A stretch of 30,234 bases of DNA. Origin: an uncultured Dehalococcoidales bacterium (lineage in GTDB: Bacteria; Chloroflexota; Dehalococcoidia; GIF9; AB-539-J10). Of this stretch, positions 19,014 to 26,189 are shown in pieces. Made by a program: the position numbers and the translations under genes. The notes under the pieces are model-generated. The model saw only the letters and a program-made list of their open reading frames with translations. It did not search any database and was not told where the DNA came from. The stretch lies in NCBI GenBank assembly GCA_964452475.1, contig CAYVML010000001.1, positions 1-30,234 of the forward strand, read 5' to 3'. Numbering within the stretch: the first letter of the stretch is position 1; the number at the start of each line of letters is the position of its first letter.

Positions 19014-19667
19014 ATGCTTAACGTGTGGGAAGCAATAAAGGGAAGACGCAGCATCCGCAAATTTGCACCGGACGATGTCCCGGAGGCTATGGTGGAACAG
19101 ATGCTGGAAGCAGCCAGGCTGGCACCTTCAGCAAGCAATCGTCAGCCGTGGCGCTTTCTGGTAGTAAGAGACGGGAAAATCAAACAGCAAATCCGCCGTA
19201 TGTGCTTGGGCCAGATGTTTATAGAGGAAGCCCCGTTAGTAGTTATCTGCTTCGGTGACTTAGAGCGATATTCCGATATAGCCAGGAAGAAGAGATGGCA
19301 GGAATTCGTGGACTCGGGAGTTACGAACACATTGTCAGGACGTTTTGCTGACCCTGAGTTTATTGCTAATAGAGGCTCTTTACCTGTTCCACCTCGCGCG
19401 CAATTGATTACGCCAGTGGTGGCGAATACCTATATTGCCATTGAGCACCTGGTGTTGATGGCTGTGGCGTTTGGGTTGAGCGCCTGCTGGGTAGGGGGAT
19501 TTGAGAATCCTGCCGAGTTCAACCGTTTTTTCGGCCTAGCCGATACGTTAATACCGGTTGCTGTAATACCGGTGGGCTATCCTGCCAGTAAGACACCTCC
19601 TCTCCGACCACGCCTAGCTCTTGAGGAAATCCTGGTCAAACCGGGGATAAAGCCTGAATTAATGTGA
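19014..19667 (+). CDS. Nitroreductase family flavoprotein
   Basis: RRSIRKF, APSASNRQPWRF and LVLMAVAFGLSACWVGGF motifs. Start moved to the ATG at 19014 because the track's GTG (19008) lies inside the SD AAGGAGGG. Confidence 0.92.
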   Translation: MLNVWEAIKGRRSIRKFAPDDVPEAMVEQMLEAARLAPSASNRQPWRFLVVRDGKIKQQIRRMCLGQMFIEEAPLVVICFGDLERYSDIARKKRWQEFVDSGVTNTLSGRFADPEFIANRGSLPVPPRAQLITPVVANTYIAIEHLVLMAVAFGLSACWVGGFENPAEFNRFFGLADTLIPVAVIPVGYPASKTPPLRPRLALEEILVKPGIKPELM

Positions 19668-19744
19668 GGCTGATGAGGACCACACTTTTTTCGGTACGCC
19701 TGACGTCTGTATACGCCAGACCCGATATGGCCGTTTTTTAAGCA

Positions 19745-19996
19745 CATACGCTAATAACTGGTGGGATTTTCCAACATATTCGTCATCCTATGTATTCAGC
19801 CCACTGCTTTTGGGGAATCGCCCAGGTACTGTTAACACATAACTGGATCGCAGGCTTAGCCAGTCTAGTTATTATTATTCCTATCTATACAGTCAGGGTA
19901 AGACGTGAAGAGCATATGATGCTTTAAAAATTTAGAGATGAATACCGCACTTACATGAGCCAGACTGGCCGAATCTTTCCCCGTATTTTGAGATAA
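19745..19996 (+). pseudogene. Isoprenylcysteine carboxyl methyltransferase (ICMT) family fragment: 5'-truncated with an internal stop
   Basis: Manual translation: HTLITGGIFQHIRHPMYSAHCFWGIAQVLLTHNWIAGLASLVIIIPIYTVRVRREEHMML*KFRDEYRTYMSQTGRIFPRILR*. Contains the family RHPMY and EE...Y...Y motifs, an in-frame TAA at 19925-19927, and no N-terminal half. Confidence 0.8.
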
Positions 19997-20201
19997 TTGG
20001 CTATCAATCATCCCACCATATCCCTGTCCTCTTGACTTGCCTAGCAGACCGGTTCTTTTATATAGTGGCCAAGCAAGACTGTCATCAAATTATAGATGTG
20101 GTTACCTTCCCCTTGAGTTAGATTTTAGACGATTCAAATCGACTGCTATTGTACGAAGGGTATGTATGTTATAGTTGACTAATTTAATAAGGAGGGGAAA
20201 T

Positions 20202-20387
20202 ATGCCACTCATAATTGTAGTAGCAGATGAAGGCAGGTCTATTGACCAGAAAAGAGGTCTTGTACAGGATATAACTAGCGCAGTATGTAAAAATTTCTCG
20301 GTTCGACCTGAGGCTGTAAGTATTATGATACGTGAGGGAAAGAAGGAGAACCGCGCCAGAGCAGGTAAATTAGCCATCGATTCATAG
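20202..20387 (+). CDS. 4-oxalocrotonate tautomerase family protein (61 aa)
   Basis: SD TAAGGAGGGG places the start at ATG 20202, giving Met-Pro (catalytic Pro1) and GRSIDQKRGLV. The track's 20175 start is probably too long. Confidence 0.88.
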   Translation: MPLIIVVADEGRSIDQKRGLVQDITSAVCKNFSVRPEAVSIMIREGKKENRARAGKLAIDS

Positions 20388-20509
20388 TGACCTGCCCCAG
20401 TAGTTGTCCCTCTTATTAAGTTAGATTATCCAACAAATCTATCACTTCATACGAACCAGTTTTTAGAAAGCAGCAGCTTAGTTACCCCACTGTTTTTGTC
20501 TATTCCTGA

Positions 20510-20528
20510 TTCCGTTCTGAATCTATGG
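20510..20528 (+). repeat. 19-bp direct repeat, copy 2 (TTCCGTTCTGAATCTATGG)
   Basis: 18/19 identical to 14437-14455. Confidence 0.5.
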
Positions 20529-20738
20529 CCAGAATGATGGAACGAGGAGTGAATTTAGTTCCTTCCCCAGAACTTTGGAACGGAACCCAAAATCATGCCT
20601 TTAGAGGCAACCATGCATATAAAAGATGCGAGGAAATCCCAAAGTGAAACCTGCCTGACTATAACTGCTTAAGAGAATTGGTGGGTTAAAAATGGAATGC
20701 ATTCGCAGTAGTGAATACCTGGGTAGATTCCTGTTTTC

Positions 20739-20773
20739 GCAGGAAGGACAATAGGGGGGGGCAGGAAGGACAA
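20739..20773 (+). repeat. 13-bp direct repeat GCAGGAAGGACAA x2 separated by TAGGGGGGG
   Basis: Copies at 20739-20751 and 20761-20773 (22-bp period). Confidence 0.7.
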
Positions 20774-20789
20774 AGGCTCTGGTTCAGGT

Positions 20790-20841
20790 TGTTACAAATC
20801 GTAGGCAGATATTGACAAATGCCGACGTTTAGTAACATAAT
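20790..20841 (+). promoter_or_regulatory. abiE promoter with an 18-bp inverted-repeat operator
   Basis: TGTTACAAATCGTAGGCA (20790-20807) and TGCCGACGTTTAGTAACA (20820-20837) are inverted repeats (15/18) flanking TTGACA (20812-20817). Candidate -10 CATAAT at 20836-20841. Confidence 0.7.
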
Positions 20842-20849
20842 TGTATCTG

Positions 20850-21452
20850 ATGAAACAAGAACGAATAAAGCAAGTCTTGGAAATTGCTAGAAGCCTGGGA
20901 GTGCTTCGGCCAAGAGACCTAGATACCTATAGGCTCCCCCGTGTGTACCTCAGTCGGCTGCATGACCGTAATCTGCTACGTCGTGTCGGACGAGGACTCT
21001 ATGTGATAGCTGATCTTGAGGCGACTGAACATCATACCCTGGCCGAGGCATGCAAGCGTGTGCCCCATGGAGTAATATGTCTACTCTCTGCGCTCCAATA
21101 TCATGGAATGACAACGCAATCACCCTTTGAAGTATGGATGGCTATAGAAAGAAAGGCGCGGCTGCCGCTGGTTACCCGGCCAGCCATGCGATTTGTCCGA
21201 TTTTCGGGAAGAGCTCTGACAGAAGGCGTTGAAGAGAAACAGATGGAAGGGGTCGCAGTCAAGGCATATAATCCAGCAAAGACTGTGGTAGACTGTTTTA
21301 AGTACCGCAACAAAATCGGTCTTGATGTATCACTGGAGGCACTCCGGGACTGCTTCCGAATGCGAAAGTGTACGATGGACGAACTGTCATATTACGCTCA
21401 GGTTTGCCGTGTGGCGAAGGTTATGAGACCATACCTTGAGGCTATCGTATGA
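20850..21452 (+). CDS. abiEi: AbiEi-family type IV toxin-antitoxin antitoxin / transcriptional regulator
   Basis: N-terminal wHTH (LRRVGRGLY), VICLLSALQYHG and YNPAKTVVDCFKYRNKIGLDV motifs. ATG at 20850 preferred over the track's TTG at 20841. ATGA overlap with the toxin gene. Confidence 0.9.
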   Translation: MKQERIKQVLEIARSLGVLRPRDLDTYRLPRVYLSRLHDRNLLRRVGRGLYVIADLEATEHHTLAEACKRVPHGVICLLSALQYHGMTTQSPFEVWMAIERKARLPLVTRPAMRFVRFSGRALTEGVEEKQMEGVAVKAYNPAKTVVDCFKYRNKIGLDVSLEALRDCFRMRKCTMDELSYYAQVCRVAKVMRPYLEAIV

Positions 21453-22342
21453 GAAAAAGACAGCCTGTCAACCTTGCAAGCTCGGTTCGCCAGCGACTGT
21501 TAATCCGAACTAGAGAGAAAGGTGAGGATTCTAACCTCGTTCTGACGCGCTATGCGCTGGAGAGATTACTGTACCGCATAGTACGATCCCCGTACGCTGA
21601 TAGATTTGTACTTAAAGGTACGATGCTCTTCGCCGTTTGGTTTAATCGAATCTATCATACTACTAGAGATCTAGATCTACTCGGGTATGGAAACTCGTCC
21701 CAGCAAACGTTGAAGAAGATATTTCAGGAGATATGCCTTATTGATATCGAGCCAGATGGGCTTGTATTTGACGAGAGTAGCATTCGAATAAGTGAGATAC
21801 GTGAAAACCAGGAGTACGGGGGCTGCCGTGTGCAATTGCTGTCGCGTTTGGCAAACGCGCAGATTAGTTTGCAAATCGACATAGGCTTTGGGGACGTAGT
21901 GAGCCCTGAAGCAGTGGAGATCGAATATCCAACGCTCCTTGATTTCCCTGCTCCTCTAATCTGGGCATATCCACGTGAAACAGTTGTCGCGAAGAAATTT
22001 CAAGCGATCGTTGCCTTGTGCATAGCAAATACTCGTATGAAGGATTTCTATGACCTTTGGGTACTAGCCTCACAGTTTTCGTTCGACGGATCGTCATTAG
22101 TGGAGGCTATCAAAGCGACCTTCACACGGCGCGGCACTCAACTACCCAGTAACGTGCCAATCGCCCTTAGCGAAGCGTTTTCGCAGGATCAGGCCAAGAG
22201 CACACAATGGCAAGCTTTCCTCCGAAGGACCGGCCTTGAGGAAAGAGGAGCTAAATTTTCTCAAGTTATTACCAAACTACGGGCATTCCTCATTCCTCTA
22301 ATCTTAGCTGCATCGAAGGGTGAAGCCTCGGCGGAATCGTAG
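21449..22342 (+). CDS. abiEii: AbiEii/AbiGii-family nucleotidyltransferase toxin (possibly decaying)
   Basis: ERLLYR, FVLKG, TRDLDL, QIDIGFGDV and RMKDFYD motifs. Coupled to the antitoxin gene. Confidence 0.88.
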   Translation: MRKRQPVNLASSVRQRLLIRTREKGEDSNLVLTRYALERLLYRIVRSPYADRFVLKGTMLFAVWFNRIYHTTRDLDLLGYGNSSQQTLKKIFQEICLIDIEPDGLVFDESSIRISEIRENQEYGGCRVQLLSRLANAQISLQIDIGFGDVVSPEAVEIEYPTLLDFPAPLIWAYPRETVVAKKFQAIVALCIANTRMKDFYDLWVLASQFSFDGSSLVEAIKATFTRRGTQLPSNVPIALSEAFSQDQAKSTQWQAFLRRTGLEERGAKFSQVITKLRAFLIPLILAASKGEASAES

Positions 22343-22357
22343 CTATCCTGAGGACTA

Positions 22358-23092
22358 ATGAAAGAGACGGAAGATAAAAACCAGAAGGAACACAGGGATA
22401 GATTAAGAAAGAAATTTCTAAAGTCGGGAATCGGCGCATTTCACGATTATGAAATCATAGAGATGCTATTGACCCTGGGCCGTACAAGAATTGACTGCAA
22501 ACCTATAGCGAAAGAGGCGATGCAGAAATTTAAAACATTGCGAGGGGTATTAAGCGCCTCTGAGGAAGAGTTAAAAACAATTCATGGAATTGGGCCTGCC
22601 AGTATTTTTGCAATAAAACTGATGGAGAATGTATCACAGCAGTTGCTAAAAGAAAGGGCAGTCGATAAGCCTTACTGCAAGTCTTCCAAGGAAGTCTTCG
22701 ATTATTTGTATCTATCAATGAGAGATCTGAAGGTAGAGACATTTAAGGTTATGTTTCTAAATGTGCAGAACCAAATTCTGGTAGTAGAAGACCTCTTTGA
22801 AGGCACTCTGTCTGCCAGCGCAGTTTACCCCAGGGAAGTGGTAGGAAAAGCAATTAAATACAATGCTGCTGCGCTGATATTTGCTCACAATCATCCCTCA
22901 GGGAATCCAACACCCAGTGAAGACGATAAACAAATAACCAGAGATTTGGTATTTGCAAGCACCATTATGCAAATTAAGGTACTGGACCATCTTATAATAG
23001 GTGATAACAAGTACTTCAGCTTTGCTGATGACGGACTGCTTGAGAAATATGAAAAGGATTTTTCAAGACTTAAAAAGGCTCAAGAAACATAA
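22358..23092 (+). CDS. radC: RadC/JAB-domain protein (UPF0758)
   Basis: HRDRLRKKF N-terminus, HhH (IHGIG), VYPREV, AHNHPSG, PSEDD and VLDHLIIG motifs. SD GAGGA in the 15-nt gap after abiEii. Confidence 0.93.
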   Translation: MKETEDKNQKEHRDRLRKKFLKSGIGAFHDYEIIEMLLTLGRTRIDCKPIAKEAMQKFKTLRGVLSASEEELKTIHGIGPASIFAIKLMENVSQQLLKERAVDKPYCKSSKEVFDYLYLSMRDLKVETFKVMFLNVQNQILVVEDLFEGTLSASAVYPREVVGKAIKYNAAALIFAHNHPSGNPTPSEDDKQITRDLVFASTIMQIKVLDHLIIGDNKYFSFADDGLLEKYEKDFSRLKKAQET

Positions 23093-23133
23093 GCTCATAT
23101 CAGAGATTTTATCATGGAATATCTAGTGAAGGG

Positions 23134-23931
23134 TTATATGGTCTTTTCTTCTTTAAAGCACCTTAACATTATCCCATGTATCTTGCCATTCGTCGCCAGA
23201 ACTTCATTCCTGGCACTGTTTACAGTAAAAGGACTTCCCCTGAAATCAGTAACCATGCCACCTGCTTCAGTTACCAGCAGTATTCCTGCTGCATAATCCC
23301 ATAATTTATCGCCTATCACACAAAACCCATCATACCTACCACAGGCTACATTAAATAAATCCAGCGCCGCTGATCCTGCACGCCGAACTGCCTGGCTATC
23401 CCTTTGCAAACGAAGAAAATTCTTCTCGCTTTTACGAAAAGCCTCTGATTTACGGTCGTATGGGAAAGCTACGGCCAGCAGGCTTTCTTCGAGAACAGCT
23501 ACTTCTGATGCCTGCATTTTTATTCCATTAAGATATGCCCCTTCTCCCAGTGCTGCACTAAACATTTCATCAGTATTAGGGTTATATATTACCCCGGTGA
23601 TAATCTGCTCCCGGTGCAGTAGTGAAATAGAGGTGGCAAAATGCCGCAAATGATGATTGAAATTTATGGTGCCATCTAAAGGATCAATTACCCACTTATA
23701 GTCTGACGTACTCTCTTTCCCACCTCCTTCCTCAGAGAGAAAGCTATGCTCGGGGAAAGCATCGCTTATGGTAGTTAATATAATTTTTTCTGCTCCTAAA
23801 TCGACTTCAGAAAACGGGTTCTTATGGTCTTCACTCTTATAATAGATCTCCCTTGTTTTATCAAGCTGCTTCAGTAAAAAACTCCCGGCATTACGTGCAG
23901 CTTTTTCAGCTATAGCAACATATTCGTTCAT
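23134..23931 (-). CDS. suhB: Inositol monophosphatase family protein (SuhB-like)
   Basis: LSEE, WVIDPLDGTINF, RRAGSAALDL and WDYAAG motifs. Confidence 0.88.
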   Translation of the reverse strand: MNEYVAIAEKAARNAGSFLLKQLDKTREIYYKSEDHKNPFSEVDLGAEKIILTTISDAFPEHSFLSEEGGGKESTSDYKWVIDPLDGTINFNHHLRHFATSISLLHREQIITGVIYNPNTDEMFSAALGEGAYLNGIKMQASEVAVLEESLLAVAFPYDRKSEAFRKSEKNFLRLQRDSQAVRRAGSAALDLFNVACGRYDGFCVIGDKLWDYAAGILLVTEAGGMVTDFRGSPFTVNSARNEVLATNGKIHGIMLRCFKEEKTI

Positions 23932-24086
23932 TATTCTCTTATCCTCTCTTTAGTAATTAGTAAGTTGATTCCCAGCATCACCTCAGTATTTCCAAGCTGA
24001 GTTCACTTCCACCAGCAACTTCCATTTCTAAAACATATCATGCCAAATAATATGACGGCTCCTGAAATATGCTATTTAATAACCAT

Positions 24087-24116
24087 AATAGGGAGGCTAT
24101 ATCTAGCCTCCCTATT
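24087..24116. terminator. Strong hairpin downstream of the AOR genes (intrinsic terminator)
   Basis: Perfect 13-bp stem AATAGGGAGGCTA-TATC-TAGCCTCCCTATT, about 35 nt after the AOR stop at 24152. Confidence 0.75.
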
Positions 24117-24151
24117 TCTGTTCTATATCCTCCCCCACTCGATAGTGATGT

Positions 24152-26059
24152 CTATAACTTTACGCCAGCTTTGTTCAGTTCCTCAGCAACCCATTCTATA
24201 TCCAGGTCCTCCAATTTTTCCCGGGTAGGTGTTGCCAAAACAGGGTCCCACCCTGACATGGCATAATATGTCTGTAATGCCTCTCTTAGACTCTCCTCTG
24301 TAATGACAAGTTTATCTTTAAGAGGACCTTTTGTAAAAGCATGATAGAAACGTTCTGGTAGAACATCATCTTTAGCTAGATATCCTTCCCTTGCATTGAA
24401 CGCCCTGGCCATTGCGAGGGCACGTTCTCCGACTTTCATTAACTCCAATAAGCTGGTATTCCATCCAGTACAGGCATTGACAAGTTCAACTGTCTGTCCC
24501 GGACTGAATGGTGGGAATATGCAAATAATGGCACAGTTCTGGAAATGCCTCCAGTTGATAAAATATCGAGTCATTCGTACTTTTGCAGCTCCAAAATCAA
24601 GTCTGGATAGAGGATCGAGCACTCCCATTTCATTCGCCCATGGCATCATTCCAGCACCGTCAGCTTCAAACATAACGTCATGAATATTATGGACATGATC
24701 AGCTCCCGTAGGCGAGGTAGCATATCCAATTCCAAGCCCTACCTTACCCCTTGGTTCATGCATCGGCACTTCCTGGCCTTTTATCTGCATAGCATATTTC
24801 ATAGAACCTTTCCCTATTTTCTCAGCAGCACGTTTCACTCCCTCAGCGAGAATATCTCCCAGTCCTTCTCTATCAGCAATCATCTGCACCATCTTCATCA
24901 TTGCTTCTGCATTGCCGAATTTCAGCTCTATTCCATTGGTATCAATGGTAGTGAGAATGCCATTCTCAAAGCACTCCATGGCAAAAGCAATACAGGTCCC
25001 TGTCGCAATGGTATCCAGGCCATATGATTGGCAAATCTGGTTACCCTTGGCTATGGCCTTTATATCTCTTACTCCGCACAATGAACCCAAGGATGCAAGC
25101 GTCTCATATTCCGGTCCCCCATAAAGAGGATCTACATTATATGGTTCCTCAGCTACCGTAACCTCTCGTTTACAATAAACTGGGCAGGCATAACAGTTAT
25201 CTCTGCCGGAAAGAATGGTCTTGGTCATCGTCTCGCCAGCGATATCCATATACCCATCGAACTGGCCTTCCTGGAAGTTACGGGTCGGTAAGATACCGCC
25301 TTCTTGTAATCCGGGGATACCATTAGAAGTACCATTGTCTGTCATACCTTTATAAAGATCTTTGTTATCAGTTAACCACTTGGCAAGTTCACGAACCTTA
25401 TCAGAATCTGCTAGAGGCAGATTCTGATGTCCTCGCACTGCTATAGCCCTGAGTTTTTTTGAGCCCATAACCGCACCACGTCCATTGCGCCCATAAAAAT
25501 GGGTCAGGTCATTACAGATACCTGCAATTCGTACTAACTTTTCTCCTGCCGGTCCAATTTGCGCTACCCTAACTCTCTTATCTCCTAGCTCTTCCTGTAT
25601 CTGGCTTTGTGCATCCCCTGTAGTTTTTCCTACCAGATGGGAGGCATCTCGAATTTCCACCTTATCATCATTAATCCACAGATATACTGGTTTATCAGCC
25701 TTCCCCTCTATAATGATAGCGTCCCAGCCAGCACGCTTTAATTCCGCTGGCCAAAAACCACCAGACTGTGAGTCGCCCCACCCATTAGTAAGCGGAGATT
25801 TCGAGCCCACCCCACTTCGTCCACTACCACCATAGGGAGCTCCCGTTATTACACCAGCAGAGAAGATAAGCTTGTTTTCTGGGCCTAAAGGATCAATGCC
25901 TGGTTTTAACTCCTTTAACAGGTAATAACCTATAAGCGCTGTCCCCCCGAAATACCTTCGGTAAAACTTGTCATCTTGTTTATCGATAGAAATGCTCCCG
26001 CTCGATAGGTTAACTCGAAGAATCTTGCCGGTATATCCTTTTTGTTTTTGCTCTGCCAC
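24152..26059 (-). CDS. Aldehyde:ferredoxin oxidoreductase family protein (tungsten-pterin), copy 1
   Basis: GYTGKILRVNLS, KSPLT, GAVMGSKKLRAI, CxxCxxxC (CYACPVYC), GPEYET, GADH. GTG start with SD GGAGGGG. Confidence 0.93.
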   Translation of the reverse strand: MAEQKQKGYTGKILRVNLSSGSISIDKQDDKFYRRYFGGTALIGYYLLKELKPGIDPLGPENKLIFSAGVITGAPYGGSGRSGVGSKSPLTNGWGDSQSGGFWPAELKRAGWDAIIIEGKADKPVYLWINDDKVEIRDASHLVGKTTGDAQSQIQEELGDKRVRVAQIGPAGEKLVRIAGICNDLTHFYGRNGRGAVMGSKKLRAIAVRGHQNLPLADSDKVRELAKWLTDNKDLYKGMTDNGTSNGIPGLQEGGILPTRNFQEGQFDGYMDIAGETMTKTILSGRDNCYACPVYCKREVTVAEEPYNVDPLYGGPEYETLASLGSLCGVRDIKAIAKGNQICQSYGLDTIATGTCIAFAMECFENGILTTIDTNGIELKFGNAEAMMKMVQMIADREGLGDILAEGVKRAAEKIGKGSMKYAMQIKGQEVPMHEPRGKVGLGIGYATSPTGADHVHNIHDVMFEADGAGMMPWANEMGVLDPLSRLDFGAAKVRMTRYFINWRHFQNCAIICIFPPFSPGQTVELVNACTGWNTSLLELMKVGERALAMARAFNAREGYLAKDDVLPERFYHAFTKGPLKDKLVITEESLREALQTYYAMSGWDPVLATPTREKLEDLDIEWVAEELNKAGVKL

Positions 26060-26189
26060 CGTTTTCCCCTCCTTTTAATGTTTAGAATATTATAGATAGT
26101 GTAGTGTTGTATCAATTAAACCACATAACCAAGGTTACATGTTTTAATATATAGTAGTATAAAGTTATCGCTAATAAAAATCAAAATAA

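Noticed and set aside
19670-19700. CTGATGAG hammerhead-ribozyme-like core after the nitroreductase stop
   Set aside because: The required GAAA after stem II is missing, and stems I and III cannot be formed.
20741-20790. AGGAAGGA purine-rich motifs reminiscent of the SRP RNA loop
   Set aside because: They lack the CAGG...GGAA...GCAG helix-8 context, and are better explained as the 13-bp direct repeat.
26126-26137. TAACC-AA-GGTTA palindrome upstream of AOR copy 1 as a possible ModE/tungsten-regulator site
   Set aside because: It is a short single occurrence in AT-rich DNA, does not match the ModE consensus and is not seen before copy 2.
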